The notes beneath the pieces are model-generated. The model saw nothing but the letters and a program-made list of their open reading frames with translations, did not search any database and was not told the DNA's origin. This document shows, piece after piece, positions 46,579 to 59,415 of a stretch of DNA of 64,000 bases; within the stretch, counting starts at the first letter, position 1, and each line of letters begins with the position of its first letter. The stretch spans positions 62,434,001-62,498,000 of the forward strand of contig OZ024740.1 in the NCBI GenBank assembly GCA_964016885.1. The letters run 5' to 3'. This DNA comes from Eledone cirrhosa (Eukaryota). Position numbers and translations under genes: made by a program.

Positions 46579-46880
46579 TGTTGATGTGGAGGTTTCCGGT
46601 GTTGTTTAGAATTTTTCGAGTTTTAATATCAATTGCTCGGATTTCGTCTATCGTCCAATCGAGTATTCCAACGTTGGTGACAGGTACAGCAAGCACATTG
46701 GGAGCCACTGTGTTATTGTGCACAGAGAGTTCCGATGACCATATTTTTCTTAATCAGGTGTAATATTCCCTGGTTAATCGTTCCTTATTACAAAGACCAT
46801 TATAGGATATATTCTCATCTATCCCCAGGTATCTGTAGCAGTCCTCGTGAGACATCGGTGAAATAGTTAGGCCATTGATA
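46578..46880 (-). mobile_element. Internal fragment of a second R4/Dong-like RT (thumb region)
   Basis: YRYLGIDEN...ERLTREYY...KIWSSELS...[21 protein letters not shown] parallels YKYLGVLE...GILRWNVAEQKEMDRKTRKLL in the ORF at 20046. Confidence 0.8.
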
Positions 46881-46915
46881 ATGTATGTATGTATGTATGT
46901 ATGTATGTATGTATG

Positions 46916-46946
<31 letters not shown>

Positions 46947-46983
46947 GTAAATAGTAATGTATGTATGTAAGTATGTAAGTAAA

Positions 46984-47434
46984 AAGGCAAAGGGGCTCTT
47001 AAGAGTCAATAGCCATCCAAAATCACCGGGAGAGATGACCCCTTAGCCTTTGTCAAGGCAGAATTCTAGGAGAAGGAAAACTCTGATATAACACCTGCAA
47101 CCCTGATGGTATCCAATGATGTTGACTTGTTCTTCTTTTTGGTAAATATCATCTTGGTTAAGAGAGTGGGACTGGCTTTGTGCAGTGCCTTTGCTCACTA
47201 TAAAAGCTTCACGGCACAGGCATTGCTTTATATCTGGAGATCTCTCTGCACTTGTCGTCACATGGTACCATGGGCCCAGCACTATGTGTCAATAATTGTC
47301 ACAAGTGTAGTGTTTGTACCAGAGTTTTCAAGTCGCTGGCTGGACTAAAAAGTCACATTCGTTCAGCGCATTGGTAGGGGTTCTACATGGATATAAAGTA
47401 GTGGCCGTACTCGAAAACGAGTTGGCAGCCACCA
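46984..47434 (+). mobile_element. RTE-derived bipartite non-autonomous element, copy 1 (5'-truncated)
   Basis: Near-identical to 48061-48510; contains CTAGGAGAAGGAAAACTCTGA (RTE 5'UTR-like), a C2H2-coding remnant and the 3' hairpin ACTCG-AAAA-CGAGT. Confidence 0.7.
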
Positions 47435-47454
47435 AGTAAATATGTATGTAATAT

Positions 47455-47803
47455 ACGCGGGGACATAGAAATAATCGGGCTGGATACCCGATCGCGCGGT
47501 TAAACCACTGGAGGTAAAGGACCCCTAGCCTTTCTCAGGGCATTCTTCTAGGAGAAGGCAACTCAGGAAACTGGGATAACTCCGACATAAAACCTGCGAC
47601 TCAGTAGTTACCGATGATGTTGATATTTTCCTCTTTTCGGGTTATAGCTACTGTCGCTCAGAGAGTGGGATTGGCTCAGTGCACAGTCTTTCCTCACTTA
47701 AAAAAATCTTCACGAACAGGCATTGCACGATAGCATTAATTGATAATTATTAATAATGTTATATCGTGCAATGGCCATACTCGATAACGAGAGGGTAGCC
47801 ATC
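47455..47803 (+). mobile_element. Related but diverged RTE-derived bipartite element
   Basis: CTAGGAGAAGGCAACTC...AAACCTGCGAC...GATGATGTTGA...AGAGAGTGGGATTGGCT, then 3' GGCCATACTCGATAACGAG...GCCATC and (ATGT)n. Confidence 0.6.
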
Positions 47804-47889
47804 ATGTAAAATGTATGTAGGCGTATATGTATGTATGTATTTATGTATGTATGTATGTATGTTTGTATGTATGTATGTATGTATGTATG

Positions 47890-48510
47890 TTTGTTGCCAG
47901 TTTAGTCGCCAACGACCCGACCATGAGACAGGTTGTACTGGGATACATGTTACCAGTAGCACCAACTGGTGACCTGACATAGTCACCCTCCTCACCAAGG
48001 TTTCTTGGTGAGGAGGGTGACTTTGGACATCCTGCAGGACTAAAAACAAAACCTGTCAAAGGGCAAAGGAGCTCTTAAGAGTCAATGGCCATCCAAAATC
48101 ACCGGGAGAGATGACCCCTTAGCCTTTGTCAAGGCAGAATTCTAGGAGAAGGAAAACTCTGATATAACACCTGCAACCCTGATGGTATCCAATGATGTTG
48201 ACTTGTTCTTCTTTTTGGTAAATATCATCTTGGTTAAGAGAGTGGGACTGGCTTTGTGCAGTGCCTTTGCTCACTATAAAAGCTTCACGGCACAGGCATT
48301 GCTTTATATCTGGAGATCTCTGCACTTGTCGTCACGGGGTACCATGGGCCCAGCACTATGTGTCAATAATTGTCACAAGTGTAGTGTTTGTACCAGAGTT
48401 TTCAAGTCGCTGGCTGGAATAAAAAGTCACATTCGTTCAGCGCATCGGTAGGGGTTCTCCTACATGTATATAAAGTAGTGGCCGTACTCGAAAACGAGTT
48501 GGCAGCCACC
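47890..48510 (+). mobile_element. RTE-derived bipartite non-autonomous element, copy 2 (longest), flanked by (ATGT)n
   Basis: Structured 5' part fused to the last ~35 codons of an ORF ending CSVCTRVFKSLAGIKSHIRSAHR* (C2H2 finger typical of RTE C-termini), then a short 3'UTR and an (ATGT)n tail. Confidence 0.75.
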
Positions 48511-48763
48511 ATGTATGTTTGTATGTATGTATGTATGTATGTATGTATGTATGTATGTACATTCGATCGCAGCGCTGTTAGTTGCTATCGTGTGTGTGTG
48601 TATGTATAGATATGTTTATGTGTGTGCGTGTATGTGTATATATATATGTATATGTATATTATTATTGTTGTTGTCGTTATTATTATTGTTGTTATTATTA
48701 TTATTATTATTGTTATTAATGTATATGTGTGTGTGTATATGTATGTGTGTATATATGTGTATG

Positions 48764-48814
<51 letters not shown>

Positions 48815-49032
48815 CTTTTTTTTAATTTTTATTTTCTTTTTTATTTATTTATTAATTTTTTTTTCTCCTCGTGCAATGGCCATAATCGATAACGAGGGGG
48901 CAGTCATCATCATCATGTATGTATGTATGTATGTATGTATGTATGTATGTATGTATGTATGTATGTATGTATGTATGTATGTATGTATGTATGACTATGT
49001 GTGAGTGTATGTATGTATGTATGCATGTATGT

Positions 49033-49931
49033 TCTTCTGGTTTTATAATTTTACAAAGTTTTACCAATAGAGAGAGAGTCGGTTTCTAACATAGACACAA
49101 GACTCTCTCATTGGAATTTACACAACATCAACTAGGTAGATATGTATGTATGTATGCATGCATATGTAGATATGGATGTTATTGTATGTGTGGATGTGGA
49201 TATTTTGAGTTGTATGTGTGCATGTGTATATGCTTTGCATCTGTATATGTGAATATGCAGTTATTAGATGCAAAATATTTGGAATGTTTTACATATTTTT
49301 ACTGTTCCATTAACGGATTGTACTTGTAATTTCCTAACTAGTTGTGTTCTTTCTGTTCCTGTGAAGCCTAGCTTCTCAAGATTTGTATTGAGGCACTTAC
49401 TAATATATCCCAGTGCCCCAATAATCACAGGCATAAATCTGAAGGTGTAATCAGGGTAGAGTATCTGCAGATTTCTCATCAGTTCTGCATAAATATTTTC
49501 CTTTTCACTAATCTTTGATATTATATTGGCATCTGCTGGGCAGCTAATTTCCACTACTGTGCATGCTTTCTTCTCCCTGTTCCATATCATAATATCTGGT
49601 CTGTTATGCCTGCATTTTATTGGGGTTTTTACTGGAACATTCCACCAGTACTCTTTCATATTATGTACATGGATGTCTTCCACATTGTTGTAGCTTTTAA
49701 TGTGTTTATTATGGGGGCTATCTTTTTTACGAACTGCATTGTACAGTGTTTTGGCCACTGCATCATGCCTCATAGGTAGATAGTACCACGATGACATCTT
49801 TGGACAGCTGCTGATGACATGGGTGAAATCCTCGATGTTAGTTCTGCAGAGTCTGCACATGTTATCACATCTAGGTGTTTTGCCTGCATCCCTATCTCTT
49901 TTGTGAATCAGGTATTTCGTGCTAATCTGAG
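49033..49931 (-). mobile_element. 3' portion of a second R4/Dong-like family (CCHC and RLE) ending in (CATA)n
   Basis: CRLCRTNIEDFTHVISSC, RHD, HNRPDIMIW...VVEISCP...EKENIY, PVIIGALG; stop at 49264; the 3'UTR runs into CATA repeats at about 49032. Confidence 0.88.
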
Positions 49932-50634
49932 GAAGGAACCCACGAGGTGGCGTGGCTGTTGTAGCGTTTGTCGCTGGCCATTGTCCACGGAAATGCCTTT
50001 GCCATTTTGTCCGCGGGGCGCAGCTGAAATACCACTCTGACCTAGTTGTAGAGTTTCTCACCCTCTCCCCTTCTCCCTTTTTTTCTTCTTTAGTTCTAGC
50101 AGTCCTTGCTCTTTTCCTCCTTTTCCTCTCATTTATGACAATTTTAGTACTTTTCAATTCGCTTGAGTGCCTCAATCTGTTCTTACAGGATCTTTGTTAA
50201 GACATTCAAGCTGCTCAGTATTACTGGAAATTTAACATCGCTGATGATGTGGATAGGCTATTTTCTCACGCAAGGAGGGTAGCCAGGAACTAAAATCCAT
50301 ATTAACACCATACGAAACCCAGATGAAGCAACTCTGTCCTGTCATTATGGACAATTATTTTCATGATGAAATTTAGGTCTCTTGTAATAAAGAATTTAAA
50401 AAGAATATTTTATCCAGTTAAGTATGATGCACAGAATAAAAGGAGTTTATATATATATATATATATATATATAATCCCATATTTAACACATCTATTAGCA
50501 CCAACCTACCCTCTACCTTCTTTAGAATAATAAATAAGCACTTTCCAGATTCACATAGATACAGCAAAATCCTTAACACTAAATCTATTAGACTATCTTA
50601 CTCCACTGCACCAAACATAGAAGCACACATTAAG

Positions 50635-51249
50635 ATGCTTAACGCTAAAAAGATACGTAACAACATCGGAACACAAATTTATAACTATAACAATACAATT
50701 ACCATCGACCACAACAGAATATCTAATACACAACCACCCACTAGAAAGCAAACAAAACGTAACACACTTGTACGAGCATCGAAGCCCACCAATAATGCCA
50801 AAGTCGCCCATGACAAGAATTGTAATTGCCACCTACCTGAAATCTGTCCATTACATAATGAATGTATGCAGTCTAACCTGGTTTACCAATGCACAGTGGA
50901 ATCAGACAACCAGAAATGGTATTACATCGGAGCGACTGGGAATACATTTAAATCTCGTTGGTACCGTTACGCAATGAAACATTCCCAGCATCGTTATGTA
51001 ACTACCCTTGCGAACAAGACCTGGCAACTGAGGGAAAGTAATCATCAATACACTCTGAAGTGGAAAAAATTATCGAACGCGCCCCCATATCGGAGTGGTA
51101 TGAGAAGCTGTCGGTTATGTGACCTTGAACTGTTCCACATTTTGAGTTCGGAGAATAAGTTACTCAACAATAAAATCGAAAGATCAATTTATTGTAACCA
51201 TAGACTCAAAGAACAGTTTTCGCACTACAAGTACAAATCGAACCCTTAA
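50635..51249 (+). pseudogene. Penelope-like GIY-YIG endonuclease C-terminal region (probably Naiad/Chlamys type)
   Basis: CNC...CPL...C...NLVYQCTV...YYIGATGNTFKSRW...TTLA...W...CRLCDLE...LLN...CNHR. Confidence 0.85.
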
Positions 51250-52073
51250 CCTCTTACTACCACCTGACAAACTGCATATACTTAGACTTTCTACCCTTTT
51301 ATTGAATCTAACCCCTTTAATTACCCACAATAACAAATGCCTATGTCCATCCCTTCTACTTCATTCCTTTTTCTTTTTTTGTTTCTTCTTTTCTTTTCTC
51401 CCTTTTTTGCTATCTTTTCTTTCCTTTTCTTTTCTTTTTATCCCCCCCCCTTCTTTATTTTTATTTATATATATATATTTATATCCCCCCCCCCCCTCTA
51501 TCCCTCCCATTATAAACAATTTAATTCTCTTTAACTCCCTACACTGTAAATTGATGACATCAAGTCTACGAATCTAAACTGATCGAGGAATCCTTCCACC
51601 TTTACCCCTCCCTCCATCTCCGTTTGTCACTCTACTTCCTAATTCTTATCCCCTTCCTCTCTCTCTCTATACAACTCGGTTTGTCACTCTACTTCCTAAT
51701 TATTCTCCCCCTTCCTCTCTCTCTATACTAGTAAATGCAATTCCAAAAAAATGTTTTTTATATATTAAGAACCTTTTACGAGTAACTTATTCATTATTTT
51801 GAAAATTTGGAGGTGAACAACAATTATTATTGAGTGGCTGCTATTTGCAGTATAGCGATATAAGGTTGCACTTACCAATGAAACGGTCGTAAATACCTGG
51901 ATAAAATCCTTTTTTTAATGCTTACCTGTGTTTTCTCTTTTATTCTTTATACTCCAAGATTGAACGCGATGTTTACAAACTTGTGGAGTTACCCCTAACC
52001 GTACGATGAAACCGTCCATGAAACTGGCTATCTTAACCACGAACTGGATTACAATAAGCAATTTTCTGTTTCC

Positions 52074-52137
<64 letters not shown>

Positions 52138-52388
52138 TTGCGAGGTTTTTTATATGAAATCGTGTGTCGAAACAAATATTGTTATACTTGGGGAGGGTCA
52201 TATTTGTGTAATAATACTGCCAGAATTAATAACAGAACACACTCACTGTTTGGTTGGTTTTCGCTTCTGTGTCTTTTATATCGGTTAATTTAATTTATTC
52301 GGTACTCAATGTTACTATTGACTGACCAACGGTCAAAAATACAGATACAATATAGACACAAACACATATATATAGTCTAACAAAGTTC

Positions 52389-52421
52389 TTTCGTTGCACA
52401 TCTGCAACATCGTCAGTGGTG
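52389..52421 (-). ncRNA. Hammerhead core with intact stem II; stem III and the stem I partner are missing
   Basis: CACCA-CTGACGA-T-GTTGCA-GATG-TGCAAC-GAAA, just downstream of the GIY-YIG ORF. Confidence 0.55.
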
Positions 52422-52991
52422 CTATTATGTTTCCTCCTGTTGTATTTTATGCCTACGCCATCTTTATTTAGTTTGTTTAAATAAACAGACTAATGTCTCC
52501 CAAAGTTAACTATATCCCATTTAAGAATGCATTTTATATTTTTACTTTTTAAGTCCCAAACCAATTTAGCTAGAGAGGTAGTGTTTCTTAGTTTCTCATT
52601 CTTAAAAGAATGGATGTGCGAGTAGAATCTCGCCTTCAAGAAAATAGTGGTTCCTATGTAATTATATATGTTTTTATTGGTGAAGACCTCACATTTATAT
52701 ACCACGTTATTTTTAAGACAATGTCTCCTAAGGGGGCAATAATCGGGGACTCTACAATTGCAGTCCATTCTTTCGTGGTGACTACTATTAAATCTACTAT
52801 GTTCAGTTATATTATCATTTACCAAACCATTAAATATAGGCAGACAGCCTAAATTATCGGCTTCACTAATTAGGTTATTATTGGCTCTCTCACTATTACT
52901 AAATCCATTATTTGAAATGCTGGGATGTTTTGTGTGGGTATCTGGGTTAGCGAAAATAGCTCGAATATTTCTATTATTATAGAGTGCTAAG

Positions 52992-53205
52992 AGCAGTGGA
53001 TTGGCAGTATCGGCAGAGAGTCGGAGACCATGCTTTGCAGCATAGAGTTATGGTCCTTTACGATCTGAGTTCAAATTCCACCGAGGTTAACTTTGCTTTT
53101 CATCCTTACGGGGTCGATAAAATGAAGCACCAGTAACCTACTGGGGTCGATTTAATCGACTTTCCCCTGCCACTAAATTACTGGCCTTGTGCCTATACTA
53201 GAAAT
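52992..53205 (+). mobile_element. tRNA-derived SINE, near full-length, inserted in the PLE
   Basis: Same body as 18353; flanked by a ~20-bp duplication ATTATTATAGAGTG(C/T)TAAGA. Confidence 0.88.
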
Positions 53206-55003
53206 CATTATTATAGAGTGTTAAGATGTTGGCCAGTTTAAGTGTAATCAAGAAGGATAGTTTAACGGTGTTTTTGTTAGTTACTTTGAAATATTTATGT
53301 TCAAACGGCAAGTTTCCCTCGACTATCTCAAAGAATTGCCTGGGTATATTAGATGCGATTTGGGTTCCATATGGATGGTTGAATCAGTTGCATTTTTTCT
53401 TCTATTACTCTCTTTCTTAATTACTAGATTCTGCATGTTAGCTATAGGTGGACCATTTCTATTATTAGGATTATCATGGCAGTGGTCTGGAATAACTTCA
53501 ACATTTCTATCGCGAGAGTCACTATATAGGTTAGGTTTACGAAGTGGTTGACTACTGCTTACACTATAGTTCATATTCCTAATTTCATATTTAGTATTAG
53601 AAGGACCAGTAGATGGGTCGTTAGTTTGGAGATCAACCTTACTGGCGTTACAGCTACCTTTTAATGCTCCGTTTTTTTTCTGTTATTAGACCTATTAGAT
53701 TTCACTAAGTTTCCAGACCCATTATTACAGCTATTATTGTAACGTGTCATATAGTTATTTTTGCAAGTTATCGTTCTTCTAGAAGTATATATGTCCTGGA
53801 TGAAGTATATCTTCTCCGTATAGCCTAATCCCGCAAGAGCTTCATTGAGCATTAAAGTCGAAAGTCTGCTCATTATCTGAATGTCTGGAAAGCCTACTTG
53901 ATACAATTTTAACGATAGCTCTAATACTTTCTTTCGGGTGTTTGGAGTTCCTATCTATAGTAGAGGGATTCACCAGGCTTGTGGAAAGGTCTATATGATT
54001 CCGTGTTTAAGTCTAATATAACATCTAAGAATTTAACTACTCTAGTGTTATTATCTATGGTTATACCCAAGTTGAAGAATTTGTGCATATGCTTTTTAAT
54101 CCTCTCGAGCCTGGAGTTGCTAATATCTATGAAAAAAAAAAGAAAAAAGAGAATCATCTCTGTATACGCCACCTTTCATAGCGGGGAATTCCTGTATTAG
54201 CCCAACTAGATCGGTGACATGCGCAGAGTCACCCGACCCCATAGTAATATCGAAGTTATTTGGATGATTATTCTTTGTCCAGAAGCTACCATCAAATCCA
54301 ATTATAGTACGTCTAGTGACCAAGATAATGCCTATTTCTAACTTAATGATACTGGCGTATTTTTGGGCCATCCTAAGGGCTTTCTTTATTAGGTCTGGGG
54401 AGATAGAAGCATAATAATTGTTTATATCAAATTGGACAAACTTGATATTCTTCTTCCTATCGAGGTAGCTAAACCACTCACATAAGTTAAGCGTTACCTT
54501 TTTATTAATGGTCGAAATAATTCTATCTAGGATATTCTTGCTAATTCTACCCACGTCTGAAGTTGTTGGGCATATAAACCTGATAGACGGGTTGTTATTT
54601 AAGTTATTTTTATGCTCCTTAACTGTGAACCTAGAGATTTTCGGGTAGTAAGGTTCAGTGTACCTATGTATCTATCAAGATCTAATTGTTCTACCAAATT
54701 TTTACCCTGTCTATTGATCTTTATTAAATTCTTCTGGGTTGTTTTTCTATAATTTTTATTTAACTCTCTCTATATAAAGGATTTGTAGGTGTCAAAGTTC
54801 ATGCTATAAATGCTTTTTTGTTGTTTTATCGGTTGGGACCTGTATCATCTTATGGATTTATACTAGAGTTTAGTTATATATATGTTCTATGAATAAAATA
54901 ACCGTACTGTGAGTGGATCGTAACCATTGGATTAACTCCAGATTATCTGCACCCTTCGCAACTGTTGATTATCAATTCGCATTAAGTCTAAGCTTTACTT
55001 TGC

Positions 55004-55243
<240 letters not shown>

Positions 55244-55719
55244 TATATGTATGTAGTGATAAATGTTTTCAGTAATATATAGAATAATAAATACATAAAG
55301 TGTATAATTGGCAGAATAAGTAATAAAATACTATTTATCGTTTGAATAAATCCTAAATTATTCAGGCTTATTTATGATTTGAATCTAGCGCGTTCATCCT
55401 TCCCAAATATAAAGTAAGGTTTTGTTTAAAAGTATATCGTTTTTTATTCACAAGGCATTGGTCATCCCATGTTTATAGTACAAGGCCTTTATCCAATGAA
55501 AATTTCTAAGGGAAAGCAACGCATGGTTTAAGTTTAAGGATTAAGGTAATGCTGCTGAGGAGGAATATAAATAGATTTTACTAAATTAATTAAAAAACAT
55601 AACATAGTAAAAACTAAAACCTTTAGATAAGGCAGGAAATTTACTGAAAGACGGAGAATGTGGAGGTTGTTTGGAATATTCTCATAATTTTGCACACTTG
55701 CCAAATATCTGAAGAATCA

Positions 55720-56072
55720 CACATACTAAAAAACACAATTGCTATAAAAATAAAAAGAAACTCTTGCTTAAAATCAAAAGAATTACACTCACTAAAAATA
55801 TCACAAGCTGAAAATGAGAGTAGCTAAAAATTACACTTTAAAAATCACATTCACTAAAAATGAAACTAGCTAAAAATCACACTGTTTAAAAATCTGGCTT
55901 CCTAAAAATCACATTAGCTAAAATCAAACGAATCACTCTAATTCAAAACCACATTAGCTATAAATAATACTATCTAAAAACCACATTAGCTAAAACTTAT
56001 ACAACCCCAAAACCACATTAGCTAAAACTTATACAACCCCCAAACCACATTAGCTAAAATTTATACAACCCC
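55720..56072. repeat. Degenerate CTAAAAATCACA-type repeats ending in three 32-bp tandem units
   Basis: CCACATTAGCTAAAACTTATACAACCCCAAAA at 55981, 56013 and 56045. Confidence 0.75.
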
Positions 56073-56082
56073 TAGTGATAGA

Positions 56083-56460
56083 TACTAGAGACGGTGGAGA
56101 TCCTGGTCGTGGGTTCAATCCTGGTCAAGAGGTACATGTAACCTTTTTCACTTTTTATTTTACATTCCATAGAAAAAAACTGAAAAAGTTTACCGGGAAC
56201 CCTACTCCCGACCAGGATCGAACTTCAGACCAGGATCACCGCCGTCTATGATTCCTCCAGCTAGACCACAGAGACAGCTATAAAAGTATAGTGAAAATTG
56301 ATAATTATAAACCTACTTTCAAAATCAAAGTTCAAAAGTTGTGGTGTCGTTCATGGCTTTCCTAGAGCTATTGGTCATATTTAGGGTTGACTTATCAATC
56401 TTCTGGTTCTTAGGTAATATGACAGAGAGAAAGAAAGAGAGAGAGAGAGAGAGGGGGGCG

Positions 56461-56531
<71 letters not shown>

Positions 56532-57166
56532 AGAGGAGGAGAACTGAGGTGCAACAGAAATGAAACATGGATTACAGGTTAAAATTTAGTCTAGATAGAT
56601 GAGAAGCAAAACGAGGATGTAGTTTATTGAATACTCAAATGATTTAGAAGTCGACATTACACCCAAATGATTTAGAAGTCAACCTTAAGTAGGAGCAATA
56701 ACATTAAGAAAGACATGAACAACACCACATGATTTTGTTTTGAAAATTTTGAAAGTAGGTTTATAAATATAAATTTTCATAAGATTTTTGTAGTTGTCTC
56801 AGTGGGCTAGTGGTAGGTACTAGAGACGGTGGAGATTCTGGTCTCGGGTTCAATCCTGGTCAAGAGGTACGTGTAATCTTTTAAGTTTTTTTATACAACC
56901 AGAAAAAAAAACTGAAAAGGTTTCCTGGGAACTCTACTCCCGACCAGGATCGAACTTCAGACCAGGATCACTGCCGTCTATGATTCATCCAATTAGGCCA
57001 CCGAGACAGCTACAAACATGTAGTGAAAATTGATAATTATAAACCTACTTTCAAAATCAAAGTTCAAAAGTTGTGGTGTCGTTCATGGCTTTCCTAGAGC
57101 TATTAGTAATATTTAGGGTTGACTTGTCAATCTTCTGGTTCTTTGGTAATATGACAGAGAGAAAGA

Positions 57167-57199
<33 letters not shown>

Positions 57200-57395
57200 T
57201 GAGAGAGAGAGAGAAGAAATGGGGTGCAAAAGAAATGAAACATGGATTACAGGTTAAAATATAATCTAGATAGATGAGAAACAAAACGAGGATGTAGTTT
57301 ATGGAACGCCCAAATGACTTAGAAATCGACCTTACATCCGAATGATTTAGAAGTCGACCTTAAGTAGGAGCAATAACATTAAGAAAGACATGAAA
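56083..57395. repeat. Direct duplication (period about 735 bp) of a unit containing two oppositely oriented tRNA-like sequences and a (GA)n tract
   Basis: TACTAGAGACGGTGGAGAT...GGTTCAATCCTGGTC at 56083 and 56818; reverse-oriented relatives at about 56200-56280 and 56935-57012. Confidence 0.8.
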
Positions 57396-57930
57396 CAAAG
57401 TGGTTTCAAACCAAACTCCTTAATCACATAACTACCTAAAGGAATTCTAACTTAGAATATTATACTAATTAAAAGAGTTGAAGGATACTTCTCGACAAAA
57501 AATAGAAAATCATGGGTGAAAGCTTAAGAAAATGAGTCGATGTGTAAAGAACAAATTTATTCAACACATATATATCCTTTACCCACTACTGATGAAATAT
57601 TGGAGTGGATGCGTTTTGGAAAGAAATTTAGTAAACTTGACATAAGATGGGAAATCCATTATCAAATAGTTTTTCAAAGGATAGTGTTAAATTACAACAT
57701 TCATTAGCCACAATGAAATGTATCAGTCTAAGAGAGAATTTTGGAACTTGCTTCACGACTGAAATGTTATGGAAAAAAGAGATCGAGATAATAGTACCAC
57801 ACCTGATAAAGAGCCTCATGAGATGGAAATGTTGATGTAGTGTGTATAGCTGGCTGATCTCCAGGGCAAGGCTTTTGCCATCGTGTCCGCAGAGCGAGTT
57901 AAGATAAGCCGTCTAGCCAAGGGTGTAGAG

Positions 57931-58196
57931 CAGTCATGGGCAACCTTTTTCGTGAAGCGGGCCGCATGAGATATGGCTCATCATCAGGTGGGCCGCAATC
58001 AGGTTGTTTTGATTTGTTTCTTCAGAATTCGTACACGTTTTTTTCCTCGATCGTAAAAAATGATAGAAAGATAAATTATGACTGAAAAGTTGGGGGTAAA
58101 GAAATCAGAAAGATTTCACTTAGGTTACTTAGGTGAGCCATTCAGAAAGCTTCGCGGGCCTTATGCGGCCCGCGGGCCGCAGGTTGTCCATGACTG
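57931..58196. mobile_element. hAT (Charlie-like) MITE, 266 bp
   Basis: TIRs CAGTCATGGGCAACCT and AGGTTGTCCATGACTG; perfect 8-bp TSD GTGTAGAG at 57923-57930 and 58197-58204; subterminal GCGGGCCGC motifs. Confidence 0.92.
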
Positions 58197-59386
58197 GTGT
58201 AGAGTTTGCCTCCTCCCTATTTCCCCCTTCTCTTTTTTCTTTTGCTTTTCCCTTTCGTTTTGTCATTCATAAATAATATATTATAGTAGATACTTTAAAC
58301 TACATTATTGCATTTGGTTTTACACAGGAATCTTCTGTTTAGTTTTCATACCGCATTATGTCCAATGGTCAATGGTCGGCAAATATGCGATGAACAGTCA
58401 TGACATACATGTATGTGTTTATGTGTGTATGAATATATGTATGTAATTATTGTTCATTAACATACTTTTTCATTTACGGTCTCGTTAATAATGCGATCCC
58501 AGAGACCAGCGTATGGAGGTGAGGTTGGCTCGGTCTTCCACACAGAAATATATAAGGAAAATTCAAAAATGCATTAAATTACTTGGCGAATAATTAATTT
58601 GGAATCATAAGTATATTCAATTTAGGAACAGAGTAATTTCTGAAACAAAAATAAAAATTGAAATTATTACAGAATTTCCATCTCCAAAAAATATATTCCA
58701 ATTGCGAAGCTTAATACAATTTTGTATGGAAATGATGAGAAATAGATTAATTTTGTCAAACATTTTGAATTGACTACCACATAGAAAATGTAAGTAAATA
58801 TTAAATAGACCACCACGTGCAATTAGCTGAGCCTTCTACAGGAACGTAAACGTTAAACGCAATTCTTAAGGAGATCCAACATGACACAGTGTGTGATAAG
58901 GCGGGCCTTATGAATTATAGGTATAGTCCATCCGAGGGGATTCCAAACAGTTCCGCCTACCCAATCTCACCCATTAGTCTTATAATTTATTATATTATAT
59001 TTGGCAAGAATTGAGAAAGCAAACATAGAAATTGTCAGAGAAAGATAGACACATTTGAGGGGAAGAACGATTAGTAAAATAGTAGAGGGTTAAATTCGTT
59101 AATTTCAATATATTTTCTGATGATGTTAGTAGCAAGCCGTTCTTCAGTAGGATTCAATTTTTATTGGAAAATTGATTTCAGCTATTTTGTGTGTTTCTTT
59201 GTATCCAAAAGCGCCTGGCCACCTGCATGTTCGATCAGAGCCTAAATTATACTACTTTCTTAATGAAAAACTTCACGTACATTGGGCTACAATTTCTGTC
59301 TCATTGTGATCTCATTCCGTATTTGGTATTCAATTTCTTCTTGATGGAAATTTATTATATTTCTTATGTTAAGTATATTAATTAAA

Positions 59387-59415
59387 CTAGCAGAAAAACC
59401 TCCCTTCGGGTGGTT
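59387..59415 (-). mobile_element. Probable Helitron 3' terminus
   Basis: Minus strand CCACCC-GAA-GGGAGG hairpin followed by TTTTTCTGCTAG|T. Confidence 0.45.

Larger units (their letters stand above)
52385..54850 (-). mobile_element. Decayed Penelope-like element (RT, GIY-YIG and a 3' hammerhead core)
   Basis: RT remnants VQFDINNYYASI, FDITMGSGDSAHVTDLVGL, GGVYRDD, VKFLDVILDL...YRPFHKP; linker WFNHPY; GIY-YIG CNCRVPDYCPL...VVYKC...YIGTT (52490-52825); HHR core at 52389-52421. Confidence 0.85.

Noticed and set aside
49932-50175. N-terminal part of ORF 49264-50175 as a novel domain fused to the RLE
   Set aside because: It is chance read-through from unrelated flanking sequence beyond the 5' truncation point near 49931.
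56793-57012. Functional tRNA genes
   Set aside because: A and B boxes are present, but acceptor and anticodon stems do not pair properly; kept only as tRNA-like cassettes.
57647-57835. MGNPLS as a Penelope RT motif
   Set aside because: It is a single short motif without a recognisable downstream YVDD; too decayed to support.
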